Shown here one piece after another: positions 30,456 through 39,979 of a stretch of 64,000 bases of DNA. Every line of letters starts with the position of its first letter. Position 1 is the stretch's first letter. Where the stretch lies: assembly GCA_963764165.1 (NCBI GenBank), contig CAVXRD010000002.1, forward strand, positions 1,312,001 through 1,376,000. The letters run 5' to 3'. The position numbers were made by a program, and so were the translations under genes. The notes beneath the pieces were generated by a model that was not told where the DNA came from, ran no database searches, and saw nothing but the letters and a program-made list of their open reading frames with translations. Source of the DNA: an uncultured Verrucomicrobiae bacterium (GTDB lineage Bacteria; Verrucomicrobiota; Verrucomicrobiia; Limisphaerales; Palsa-1400).

Positions 30456-31661
30456 ATGAATTTACACGAATACCAAGCCAAGCAATTGCTGGCGCAATAT
30501 GGCGTCGCCGTTCCCGCCGGGGAAGTTTGCGACACGCCGGAAGCCGCCCAAAAAATCGCCGTTGATTTGTTCGCCAAAGGCGAAACATTGATCGTGGTCA
30601 AATCGCAGATTCACGCGGGTGGCCGCGGCAAGGGAACGTTCACGAGCGGATTTCAAGGCGGCGTCAAACTGTGCCGGACTCCCGAGGACGTTTTTGAAAA
30701 AGCCAAAGCCATGCTCGGCAATGTTCTCGTGACCAAGCAAACCGGGCCCGATGGCCGCCTGGTGAGCAAGCTGTTGGTGGCTGGCGCTCCTTCGATCAAG
30801 AAGGAACTTTATTGCGCCGTCCTGCTTGATCGCGCTTCGGGCCGGCCAATTATCATGGTAAGCACCGAAGGCGGTGTGGACATCGAAGAGGTTGCCGAGA
30901 AAAATCCTGAGAAAATCGTGCGGGAAATCATTGATCCCGCGCTTGGGCTCATGCCTTTCCAAGGGCGCAAGCTTGCGGCGGCGCTGGGTTTGAAAGGCGA
31001 ATTGATTGCGGCCGGAGCAAAAATGTTCGCGGGCCTTTGCAAAACGTGGTGGGAATGTGATGCCGCCATGCTGGAGATCAATCCGCTCTGCATTGTCACC
31101 ACCGCCGACGGCAAGGAAAGCCTGCTCGCCATCGACGCCAAGATGAGCCTCGACGACAACGCGCTTTACCGCCAGAAACAGATTCACGCCATGCGCGATC
31201 TTTCCGAGGAAGCTCCGCTGGAAATCGAAGCTGGAAAATTTAATCTCAACTACATCAAGCTCGACGGCAGCATCGCCTGCCTCGTCAACGGGGCGGGCCT
31301 GGCGATGGCCACGATGGACATCATCCAGCATTTCGGCGCCAGTCCGGCCAACTTCCTGGACGTCGGGGGTGGCGCGAGCAAAGACCAGGTGACGGCTGCG
31401 TTCAAAATCATCCTGAGCGATCCGCATGTGAAGGGAATTCTCGTCAACATTTTCGGCGGCATCATGGATTGCAACGTCATCGCCACCGGAATTGTGAGCG
31501 CGGTTCGAGAAACGGGCTTGAACCTGCCGCTGGTCGTCCGCCTCGAGGGAAATAACGTGGCCGCCGGAAGAAAAACATTGGCGGAATCCGGCGTTGCGAT
31601 CATCAACGGCGATTCGATGTCCGACGCGGCGCAAAAAGTTGTCGCTGCTGTTGGGAAATAG
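30456..31661 (+). CDS. sucC: Succinyl-CoA ligase beta subunit
   Basis: MNLHEYQAK, KSQIHAGGRGKG, NGAGLAMATMD, NFLDVGGGA, NIFGGI. Confidence 0.97.
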   Translation: MNLHEYQAKQLLAQYGVAVPAGEVCDTPEAAQKIAVDLFAKGETLIVVKSQIHAGGRGKGTFTSGFQGGVKLCRTPEDVFEKAKAMLGNVLVTKQTGPDGRLVSKLLVAGAPSIKKELYCAVLLDRASGRPIIMVSTEGGVDIEEVAEKNPEKIVREIIDPALGLMPFQGRKLAAALGLKGELIAAGAKMFAGLCKTWWECDAAMLEINPLCIVTTADGKESLLAIDAKMSLDDNALYRQKQIHAMRDLSEEAPLEIEAGKFNLNYIKLDGSIACLVNGAGLAMATMDIIQHFGASPANFLDVGGGASKDQVTAAFKIILSDPHVKGILVNIFGGIMDCNVIATGIVSAVRETGLNLPLVVRLEGNNVAAGRKTLAESGVAIINGDSMSDAAQKVVAAVGK

Positions 31662-31694
31662 GGTCCTGGCCGGAAGGATTCAGTCGCTTGTGGA

Positions 31695-31831
31695 AGCGCG
31701 GTCGTCTTGACCGCGGTTTTCAGCGTCTCGCCGAAAACTCCCGCATCTTCCGACAGCCCACCAATCGGTGATGGTCCCGAAGAGCTGGCTGGCGAGACGC
31801 CAGCCAGAGCGACCGAGACGGTCGCGCTCCC
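31695..31831. repeat. REP-like palindromic cluster between convergent genes
   Basis: AGCGCGGTCGTCTTGACCGCG...CGTCTCGCC ... GGCGAGACG...GCGACCGAGACGGTCGCGCT. Confidence 0.55.
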
Positions 31832-31853
31832 AATCCAACTGAACCGTTCCGGA

Positions 31854-32678
31854 TTAGTCGATGTCCGTGGTCGCGGCAGGATGGCCGCCGTACCGTTTCA
31901 AATACTTCACACCCACCGTCAAATCCTTGGGCCACGGCGCTTCGATTTTGATGGTCCCGTCGCCTGTCAGCGTTCGGATGATCAATTGCTCGGCGTGGAG
32001 CGCAAGACTGCCGATCAATGGGCGTTCCTCGTGGCCCGGCTTGAGGCGAAAATCTTTCTTTAGTTTTGACAGCCAAAGAGGATGCCCGCCGTAAAGATCG
32101 TCGGCCACGATCGGGAACTTCAGATATTTCAAATGCACGCGGATTTGGTGGGTGCGGCCCGTCAGCGGACGGCACTCCAACAGTGTGTAATCGTCAAAGG
32201 ACTCCCTGACTGAAAATTCCGTGCGCGACCGTTTCCCATCCTTCGGATCGACGCGCATGTAACCGACACGCAGCGCATGCGGCGCGAGCTTCGCATCGCA
32301 TTCGAATCTCGGCTGCGGCGGGATGCCTTCGACCAGCGCGACGTAAATTTTCACGGGCTTCTCTGAGCCGAATTGGGTGGCGAGCGACACCAGCGCAGGC
32401 TTGTCTTTGGCCAGGAGAATCACGCCAGTCGTTTGGAAATCGAGACGGTGCGCGTTCATCAGATAAGTCAGCACGCGTTGTTTGGCCCAGGGCGCGCCGC
32501 GCTCGATGTCTCGATGCAGCAGCTTCATCAGGTTCGGCCGCGCCGCATCGTAACGGTCCGGGGAAGTCAGAAGTCCCGCTGGCTTGCTCAGCGCCAGCAG
32601 GCGGTCGTCCTCAAAAAGAACCGGAATTTTCCAGAATTCAGATGTCGCCGGAGAGGAAAGTTTGATGATCTCGATCAC
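31854..32678 (-). CDS. RluA-family pseudouridine synthase
   Basis: KPAGL, HRLD, TGRTHQIRVH, LHA. Confidence 0.95.
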   Translation of the reverse strand: MIEIIKLSSPATSEFWKIPVLFEDDRLLALSKPAGLLTSPDRYDAARPNLMKLLHRDIERGAPWAKQRVLTYLMNAHRLDFQTTGVILLAKDKPALVSLATQFGSEKPVKIYVALVEGIPPQPRFECDAKLAPHALRVGYMRVDPKDGKRSRTEFSVRESFDDYTLLECRPLTGRTHQIRVHLKYLKFPIVADDLYGGHPLWLSKLKKDFRLKPGHEERPLIGSLALHAEQLIIRTLTGDGTIKIEAPWPKDLTVGVKYLKRYGGHPAATTDID

Positions 32679-32695
32679 GCATCCCCTCGCGGGGC

Positions 32696-34408
32696 TCAGT
32701 TTTCCGGCGCGGGAACGAGGCGCAGTTGCAACTGCTTGTTCAGCCAGCCCGAGAACGCGGCGACCTCGCGCTGCTCGCGCATGCGGGCCAGGAACATCGG
32801 CATTTCCGCCGCCATCTTCGCTTCGTCGACCGGCAGGCGATCTTTCAGATAGGCCACCACACCGCCGTCTGCCGTTTCGAGGAAACGCGTGCTCTGGCCT
32901 GTCGGCAGAGGGAAGATGGACTGCATCACTTCCGAGAACGTGGCGCGGTCAAGCTCCGGCGGAACATTGGTCGTCGTCAACGCAAACGGGGGAAGCGTGA
33001 TGGGCTTCAAACCCTGGGCGGCGCAAATCGCGTCGAAGGGCTTGCCTTGCGCCAAACCAACTTGGACAGCCGAGGCAAACTTCTCTCCGGCGTCTTTGGC
33101 GGCAGCGGTCGCGTTGAACTCGCGATAATCCTTGACCACCTGATCGCGCACGGCGGCAAACGGTTGCACCTCGCTTGGTATGCGTTTGTTCAAGCCCGCC
33201 ACATAAACGGCGGTCTCGCTGACCAGCGGCGATTGAATATACAGCGCGGATTTCTCCGGATCGTTGGTGGCTTCGGGGTCGCCGGGCGCATAATCATGCA
33301 GCGAGAAAAGAGCCTGCAAGGCGCGCGGCGGCAGATTAAGCTCGTTGGTGCTCGTGCGGGCATCGAACGGCTTCGTCGTTTTGAACGGCAGGTTGCGTTC
33401 CTTGGCCAATTTCTCGAGATCCGTAACTGCGTACGGGTGCGCGTCATCGTGTCCTTGCACGAACGCGTTGAGGAAAACGATGGCGTCTTTGCGGGCTTCC
33501 CCCAGCTCGGCGTAAAGAACCAATTGGCTTTTGATTCTGGCCAGCGCGTTCGTCAGGCTCAACACCTGGCCCGACTCATCTTTAAATGTGTCGGGGCCTT
33601 GCTGATTGTATACTTGATTGGCCCGCTCATCGAGATTGGTTCCGAGCACGGCATCGGCCCTGGCGGCGTAATTGCTGGGGAAGAATGGAACGTAATTGAT
33701 CACCAGGCGCTCCGGCACGCGATATTCCGCTTCGTGCTTGGCGTAATGATCCTGCAAGTCAGCGCTGGACGGCGCGGCGGCGCTCACGTAATTGGACGTC
33801 AGGAATTTGACGACTTCCGCCGCCATCGGTTGATTTTCGCGGCGATAAAAGAATTCCTCCTCTTTCGGCGTAATAAGTTCGCCCGAGGTGCCAAACAGCG
33901 CCATGAGATATTCCTGCCCCGCTTGCTGGCGCGCAAAATTATCGAGGTCGGTCCAGCCGAGGCCCCCTCGGCCCAACTCCGTTTGCACCCACTGGTTCAA
34001 TTTGTCCTGGGCGATGGCTTGGCCCGGCGGGATCTGCAGAAGTTCGCGCAGGACGCGGGCCGCCGCGGCGGTCGTGGGCGTAATTTTATATTCCTTGAGC
34101 AAGGACTGAATCACCAGGTTTTGCTCCGCGAGCCGGCGGATTTGCTTCTGCTGTTCCTGGGTTTCTGGCCAGGAGCCGGAACGAATGCGCCAGAAAAGAG
34201 TCGCTTGCCGCTCCGCGGCGCCCATTTCCGCTGGCGTGACCTTCTCTCCGTTGACAGATCCCAAATCGGGCCCCGGTGGGCCTCCGAACAGGCTTCCGCC
34301 CCCGCCATTCCTCTGGTTGGGGCTAAAGTAAACCACGAATGAGATAATGGTCGCGGCAATGACCAAACCCCACAGCCAGTTCTGGTGCTTTCGAATTGTG
34401 CCTATCAT
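32696..34408 (-). CDS. SurA N-terminal domain / PpiD-like periplasmic chaperone
   Basis: MIGTIRKHQ..LW.LVI..IISFV membrane anchor, GSVNGEKVT, YRVPE. Confidence 0.75.
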   Translation of the reverse strand: MIGTIRKHQNWLWGLVIAATIISFVVYFSPNQRNGGGGSLFGGPPGPDLGSVNGEKVTPAEMGAAERQATLFWRIRSGSWPETQEQQKQIRRLAEQNLVIQSLLKEYKITPTTAAAARVLRELLQIPPGQAIAQDKLNQWVQTELGRGGLGWTDLDNFARQQAGQEYLMALFGTSGELITPKEEEFFYRRENQPMAAEVVKFLTSNYVSAAAPSSADLQDHYAKHEAEYRVPERLVINYVPFFPSNYAARADAVLGTNLDERANQVYNQQGPDTFKDESGQVLSLTNALARIKSQLVLYAELGEARKDAIVFLNAFVQGHDDAHPYAVTDLEKLAKERNLPFKTTKPFDARTSTNELNLPPRALQALFSLHDYAPGDPEATNDPEKSALYIQSPLVSETAVYVAGLNKRIPSEVQPFAAVRDQVVKDYREFNATAAAKDAGEKFASAVQVGLAQGKPFDAICAAQGLKPITLPPFALTTTNVPPELDRATFSEVMQSIFPLPTGQSTRFLETADGGVVAYLKDRLPVDEAKMAAEMPMFLARMREQREVAAFSGWLNKQLQLRLVPAPEN

Positions 34409-34560
34409 ACTAAATAATGAGTCGCAACGCGCCTCTCGACCGGTCATCCGGCAATTGGCGCGGACGGTCATATTAATTAGAAAAGGGATTAGCGCAAGCA
34501 CGGAAAGGGACTTTCCAAGTGGTCGCTCACCGGGCTCTATCGCACCCTTGGCTGGCCAGG

Positions 34561-36843
34561 CTACGGCAACGCGCGATCCCGAAAAGGCCGCCGCATTTTG
34601 TAACTCTCCAATTGCGCCTGCATCGCCTTCGCCAGCGCTGTGTTGCCTTGCTGTGTGGCCAGTTCAATGGCGCGATCCGCGGCGCTGACGGCCTCTGTGA
34701 AGTTCCCGGTTTCCGCGCAGGAAGCCGCGAGGACTTCCACGATGGCAGGGTTCGTGCCGCCGGTGAGCTGGTCAAGCTGCCGCGCCGCATTCAACGCCTC
34801 CGCCCCGTTTCGAAGATTGTCCCGCGGGGAGGTCGAAAGAATCCACGCGACGCGGGAAAGGCTGTTGCGCGGTGTCGCGGAATTTGGATCCAGCGCGATA
34901 AGTTTCTTAAATTCAACCAGGGCATCCATGACCCGCCCTTGGCGAAGAAACGCATTTCCCAAATTGAAATGGGCGGGGGCATAATCAGGCCGCGCCTTCA
35001 AGGCCGCCTCCAAATGCGCAATGGCTTCATCGATTCTCCCCTGCCCTAACTGCAAGTTGCCGATGTTGTTTTCGGCTTCGACAAATTTTGGATTGAGGCG
35101 CACCGCCTCCATGAACTCGGCTTCCGCCTCCTGCGCGCGCGATTGCCGAAGCAATAGGTTGCCCAGGTTGTAATAGCCTTGGGCGTCGGGTTGCCGGTCC
35201 AGGACAGCTTGAAACTCGGCAATGGCTTCGTTGGTGCGGCCGTTGCGCAAATATGCGCCGGCGGCGGTATCGTGAAATTTCGGCAAATCGTCGCGAAGCT
35301 TCAATGCCGATTGCGCCATGGCAAGCCCTTGTTCCGCGTCACCCTTTTGCAGGAGCGCGACCGCGAGATTTCGCATGGCTTCCGGGAAGTGCGGACGCGC
35401 TTTGAGGGCCAGGCGAAATTCCTCGATGGCCGCATCCGCTTTGTCCTGGCGCAAATAAACAGCGCCAAGATTATTGTGCGCTTCAGCGTTATCAGGCCGC
35501 AATTTTATCGAGGCTTTGATATGCCTGGCGGCCTTGTCCAAATCTCCGCTATCGAAATACAAAGCGCCAAGATCATCCTCCGCGAGCCAGCAGGATGGAT
35601 TGCGGGCCAGCGTGGTTTCCCAAAGAGTTTGCACGTTCGTGTAGATGCGGCTTTCACGCCACGTCAGCACCGCCAGCAATGCGAGCAGCGCGGCGCAAAA
35701 TGTTTTCTCGATCGCTTCCCGGCGTTGGTGAAGCTGGCGGAAAGCAAGGTCAATGGCGGCGCAGCCCAGAACAATTATTCCGATGCCCGCCAAATACTGA
35801 AAGTGATCCGCCACAAACGAGTAGCGGAACGGAAACACATCAAAAAATCCAAGCGCTGGAAAAAGCGTCCCGGCAAAAAACAATAGCGCCGCCACCGGCC
35901 CGCGCGACCAACCTCGAGCCAGCCAGGCAATGACAATCACAAATATCGCCAGCAGCGGAAACGCATACTGCCAAGGCGCCTGCGAATGGATGTCCCAATG
36001 CGGATAAATGAATATCAATTCGGCGGGCCACACGATCTTGCCGAAGTAAAAACAAACCACGCGCCCGGCGATCAAGCATCGCTCGATGAAATTGTAATTG
36101 AAATCCGAACCACGCGCGCCGTTGACCGCCGTTTCCATGTGAGAGGTGAAGAGCCCCGCCGCCATTCCCACCGCAAAAAAAGGAATCAGCCAAACGGCAT
36201 CCCGCTTCCACGACAAAGTTCCCCGCTCCCACCAAAAAACAACCAGCAACGCCGCCGGCAGTGTCGCGATGACCGTCTTCGCCATCAACCCCGCCGCGAA
36301 AATCAGGAACGCCGCCGCATAAGCGCGCTTGTCGCGCGTCTTGTCGAATCGCAGATAGATCAGCGCGGCTCCCAGATAACAAACGGCCGAGAGCGTGTTC
36401 TTCAATTCAGAAATCCACGCCACGGATTCCACTTCAATCGGATGCAGCGCGAACACGGACGCGGCGATCCACGCACCGGGAATTTGCAGCCGCGCCAGAA
36501 TTTGAAACAGCAAAAATGCCGCGAGGAGGTGCAGCGAAATGTTCACCAAATGATAGCCCAACGTCGATTGCCCCCAAATTTTGTCCTCGATCCAGAAGGC
36601 GGTGTGAACGAGCGGATAGTATTGCTGCGTCGTTCCCGGCGATGTCCAAGTATGCACCAACCCCTCCCAGGATCGCCTGACAGGCGGTGTCATATGCGCA
36701 TCGTCGTCCCAAATCGGCTGGCCGCGCCACGCTGGCTGGAAGGCGGCGAACGTCACGACAGCGAGCAGAACGAACCACTTCCACCGTCCCGCCGGCGGGG
36801 AAGATGGATGGGCCGATTCAGGTTCTGTCGTCGCGACCGCCAC
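34561..36843 (-). CDS. TMTC-like membrane glycosyltransferase with TPR repeats
   Basis: WDD, HPIEVESVAW, ADHFQY, then multiple TPRs (AHNNLG, YYNLGN). Confidence 0.85.
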   Translation of the reverse strand: MAVATTEPESAHPSSPPAGRWKWFVLLAVVTFAAFQPAWRGQPIWDDDAHMTPPVRRSWEGLVHTWTSPGTTQQYYPLVHTAFWIEDKIWGQSTLGYHLVNISLHLLAAFLLFQILARLQIPGAWIAASVFALHPIEVESVAWISELKNTLSAVCYLGAALIYLRFDKTRDKRAYAAAFLIFAAGLMAKTVIATLPAALLVVFWWERGTLSWKRDAVWLIPFFAVGMAAGLFTSHMETAVNGARGSDFNYNFIERCLIAGRVVCFYFGKIVWPAELIFIYPHWDIHSQAPWQYAFPLLAIFVIVIAWLARGWSRGPVAALLFFAGTLFPALGFFDVFPFRYSFVADHFQYLAGIGIIVLGCAAIDLAFRQLHQRREAIEKTFCAALLALLAVLTWRESRIYTNVQTLWETTLARNPSCWLAEDDLGALYFDSGDLDKAARHIKASIKLRPDNAEAHNNLGAVYLRQDKADAAIEEFRLALKARPHFPEAMRNLAVALLQKGDAEQGLAMAQSALKLRDDLPKFHDTAAGAYLRNGRTNEAIAEFQAVLDRQPDAQGYYNLGNLLLRQSRAQEAEAEFMEAVRLNPKFVEAENNIGNLQLGQGRIDEAIAHLEAALKARPDYAPAHFNLGNAFLRQGRVMDALVEFKKLIALDPNSATPRNSLSRVAWILSTSPRDNLRNGAEALNAARQLDQLTGGTNPAIVEVLAASCAETGNFTEAVSAADRAIELATQQGNTALAKAMQAQLESYKMRRPFRDRALP

Positions 36844-36934
36844 AGGCGGATTCTAAAAATTTACCGCGAAAAGAAAAGACATTGCGGCGGTGGCCGCAGA
36901 TGGACGCAGATCCACGCTGATTTTCTAGCGGCAA

Positions 36935-36954
36935 CGGGTGAAGGGAATCGTACC
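36935..36954 (-). repeat. Degenerate tRNA-Gly 3'-end fragment (copy A)
   Basis: CGGGTGAAGGGAATCGTACC, 19/20 identical to copies B and C. Confidence 0.7.
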
Positions 36955-36969
36955 TTGGCGTCGATTTCT

Positions 36970-37519
36970 TCACAGTGATTTGCTCGCCTTTCGCCATTCG
37001 CTTTCCACATGGATCCGAACAGACCATTCGTTCAATGCGAGGCGGTCCAACTGCCCGCCAGAAACAGCCAGAATGGAGCGAATGTCACGCAGATGTTTGT
37101 CAGGTCCGCCCTCACGATAGTACTCGAGCTTGCGAAGAATGACATATTCGGGCGGGGCCACAGTGACGCTTTCGGCTCCAACGGTATAGGTTCGGATGCG
37201 GCCAAAGGCCCAGGCGTGAAGTTCGTCGCGCCCCGCAAGATAGAAATCCGCTTTTAGTCCGGAATCGACGTGAATAATGTTGAAATGACCCCGGTCGCGC
37301 GCCAGTTCTTGGAGGATCGCCTCCGGCGGAGGAACATAGAAATTACATCCCCGCTAATCTGGCCGCGTCGGCGGAGCGGAGAAAAGCAAACAAATCAATG
37401 TCGTGCGTCAAGCGGGGTTCGCCATAGAGCATGGCCGCCACACTGCCGCTAATAAGATACCGAATGCGCGCCCGGTTCAACGGCTGCACGAAAATCTCAA
37501 TCAAGTCAGGTTCGAGCAT
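36970..37519 (-). pseudogene. Nucleotidyltransferase toxin-like gene (MenT/DUF1814-type), frameshifted
   Basis: GSVAAMLYGEPRLTHDIDL motif; in-frame TAA near 37345, continues in another frame as NFYVPPPE...KADFY...APPEYVILRKL...KHLRDI. Confidence 0.75.
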
Positions 37520-37706
37520 TGGAGAAAATCTCGCGGACCTCTTTTTGAATCCTGAGTTCCGGCCAATCGGGGTGAAGGGATCGCAGGAACGCGGCCTTGT
37601 GCCGGCGCATCGTCCAGTAGAGACGGTGCGCCGCGCGCCAGCGCAGCTCCGGTGTCATGCGGCGAAACAACGCAATTTGTTCGGAGCTCGGCTGTTCGTC
37701 CAGCAT
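37506..37706 (-). CDS. Small antitoxin-like protein (Rv0078B/MenA1-related)
   Basis: 66 aa, FRRMTPELRW...LRSLHPDW; overlaps the start of the NTase gene. Confidence 0.65.
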   Translation of the reverse strand: MLDEQPSSEQIALFRRMTPELRWRAAHRLYWTMRRHKAAFLRSLHPDWPELRIQKEVREIFSNART

Positions 37707-37767
37707 GGGAGCAATGTATGCCTCGATTCCTGCGGAGCCAAGCCGGTTTTCCGCAGATTAGCCACGC

Positions 37768-37797
37768 AGCGGGTGAAGGGAATCGAACCCTCGTGTC
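37768..37797 (-). repeat. tRNA-Gly 3'-end fragment (copy B), att-like
   Basis: AGCGGGTGAAGGGAATCGAACCCTCGTGTC, identical over 30 bp to 42664-42693. Confidence 0.85.
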
Positions 37798-37824
37798 GCT
37801 AGTGGTGTAAAGTGGTAAATAGCG

Positions 37825-38010
37825 TTAAGAATGCTGATCCGAGGACTGCTTGTTCGGGTTATGCCCTGTATCCTTGGGAGTGAAGCTTAGACATTGAAGC
37901 TGTTGAGGCGCATCCTTGAGTCTTGAATTCTTGTGAGCATTGGAAGCCATCGCCGTGGCCACAATCTGAATGGCCGACCAGTCAATGAGTTCTGCCAAGA
38001 GTGAGGTCAT
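37825..38010 (-). pseudogene. Truncated third paralogue of the tandem alpha/beta hydrolases
   Basis: MTSLLAELIDWSAIQ matches MIAPLAKLMDWSAIQ; similarity stops after ~35 aa, shortly before tRNA fragment B. Confidence 0.7.
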
Positions 38011-38987
38011 GCGTTGTTTTTTCGACCGGCTTCCAACCTCGGTGTCAGCCAGTCAAGCACACGACCCGTCAACCCCGGCACGAACCCGCAACAAACGCCG
38101 ACGTGTCCGTGCGGCAACCGCCAGATGTCGGGTTGTCCCCACGACTGCCAGAGATTCTCGACATCTTCCTTCGGCACGAACATATCATGGATCCCCTCAA
38201 TCAATAAAATATTATCCTTAGCGATGGCTGGCTGGGACGAGGTCAAATTCAACGCAGACAAATTCAATTTCTCGCACACCTCGCGCAGGCCCTGCAATCT
38301 CCGCCGAATACAAGGTCGAATGGCTTGCTGCTCCATCCAAGGATTCATACGCACGGCGGGCGCGGCCAGAACGACAGAGTGCAGGCGCGCATCGCAGCAG
38401 ACCGCCATCCCCGCATACCATGCGCCCATCGAAACACCCCACAGCGTTACGGCGGGACAGCCTTCCTTCACTAGCCAGCCGGTCAGTGCCCGAATTTCAG
38501 CAATCGCCTGTGTTGCTGTTTTCGCAATCATCAAGCAATCCATGTTGCCACTCGCCTTCAGTTGACGCGGACGGCGTTGAAAGTGATAAGGTGCGACCAA
38601 CGTCACCACGTTGAGTCCCATTCGATTGCAACGGCGGCCGATTAATGGAAATCTGAAATGGTATTCAGGGAAGTCACCAGCACCATGTAACAGAACGATC
38701 ACAGGTCGTTCCTGCCAGCGCTCCCGACAGCGGTAGAGCCGGCCATAAACAGTATTGTTCCCGGCAAAGTCGCTCTGTTGCGGCGTTGGAAAACGAAAGC
38801 GCACTCCTGATTCGTCGGGATCGAACTCAACTTGCGCGGGTTGGCCTTCGACGGGCAAGGAGTCCGGCATTTTCACGAATTTGAGCGCCTCTTCCGTGCG
38901 CGGGCTTAGTGCATTGGTGCTCGGCATCAGCATGGTCGTAGCCTGAATGGCCGACCAGTCCATCAATTTTGCCAAGGGCGCGATCAT
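38007..38987 (-). CDS. Alpha/beta hydrolase (ABHD18/DUF2048-like)
   Basis: LLHG, PYHFQRRP, GVSMG nucleophile, GIHD, PHGH. Confidence 0.85.
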   Translation of the reverse strand: MIAPLAKLMDWSAIQATTMLMPSTNALSPRTEEALKFVKMPDSLPVEGQPAQVEFDPDESGVRFRFPTPQQSDFAGNNTVYGRLYRCRERWQERPVIVLLHGAGDFPEYHFRFPLIGRRCNRMGLNVVTLVAPYHFQRRPRQLKASGNMDCLMIAKTATQAIAEIRALTGWLVKEGCPAVTLWGVSMGAWYAGMAVCCDARLHSVVLAAPAVRMNPWMEQQAIRPCIRRRLQGLREVCEKLNLSALNLTSSQPAIAKDNILLIEGIHDMFVPKEDVENLWQSWGQPDIWRLPHGHVGVCCGFVPGLTGRVLDWLTPRLEAGRKNNA

Positions 38988-39952
38988 GCGTTGTTTTTTC
39001 TACTGGTTTCCAACCTCGGCATTAACCAACGCAGGACGCGTCCCGTCAAACCTGGCACGAACCCACAACAAATGGCGACGTGCCCATGCGGCAACCGCCA
39101 AATGTCAGGCTGTCCCCACGCTTCCCAGACGTCCTCGATATCATCCTGGGAACAGAGTGAATCATGAATCCCTTCTATCAATAGAATTCCTTCCCGGGAG
39201 ATTGCTGGCCGGATCATTTTCAAATTGATCGGTGTCAGATTCAACGAGTCGCACAGCGCGCGAACGGTCTGCATTCTCCGCCTAATGCGAGGCCTGACGG
39301 CGAGTTGTTCCACTGCGGGTCTGAGGCAAACGCGGGGGCACGCCATAACGACGGCGGCCAGCCGCGCATCGTGACACGCGGTCAACCCTGCTTCACCCGC
39401 TCCCAGCGAATAGCCCCACAGCGCAACCGCGGGGCACCCTTCGCGCAGCAGCCACCCGGCGAGGGCGCGAATCTCGGCGATGCCCTGAGCCGTTCTTTGC
39501 GCCCAAAAGACGCAATCCCCGGTGTCAAACTCCGAGAGCTGAGGCGGACAGCGTTGAAAGTGGTAAGGCAGCACCAGCGTGGCGACGTTGAATCCCGCGC
39601 GATTACAGCGGCGGGCGATCACTGGAAATCTGAGATTATAACTGGCGGAGTCGTTGTATCCAGGCAGTAGAATAATCACGGGCCGCTCCCGCCATTGTTC
39701 ACCGCAGCGATAAAGTCGTCCATGAACGACATTGTTTTCCGGAAATTCGCATGGCTGGGCCGTAGGAAAGCGGAAGTGGAGAGGTCCGTTAAATTCAACC
39801 TGCGCCGGTTGACTGTCCGTGGGAACGAAGTCGGCACTCTTCAGAAACTGAACCGCTTCCTCCAGTCTGGGTTTATGCTCTATGGCGGGCATCATCAGTG
39901 TCATTAACTGAATGGATGACCAATCCATCAATTTTGCCAAAGGCGCAATCAT
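38984..39952 (-). CDS. Alpha/beta hydrolase, paralogue of 38007-38987
   Basis: GYSLG, GIHD, PHGH; near-identical C-terminus WGQPDIWRLPHGHV..CCGFVPGLTGRVL. Confidence 0.85.
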   Translation of the reverse strand: MIAPLAKLMDWSSIQLMTLMMPAIEHKPRLEEAVQFLKSADFVPTDSQPAQVEFNGPLHFRFPTAQPCEFPENNVVHGRLYRCGEQWRERPVIILLPGYNDSASYNLRFPVIARRCNRAGFNVATLVLPYHFQRCPPQLSEFDTGDCVFWAQRTAQGIAEIRALAGWLLREGCPAVALWGYSLGAGEAGLTACHDARLAAVVMACPRVCLRPAVEQLAVRPRIRRRMQTVRALCDSLNLTPINLKMIRPAISREGILLIEGIHDSLCSQDDIEDVWEAWGQPDIWRLPHGHVAICCGFVPGLTGRVLRWLMPRLETSRKNNA

Positions 39953-39979
39953 AGTTGGGGCCTTGTTTTCGACTCCCTC

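Noticed and set aside
32726..34342. Long antisense ORFs (also 18026-19399, 28076-29290, 52767-53924, 62590-63993)
   Set aside because: Opposite well-supported genes; expected from high-GC codon bias
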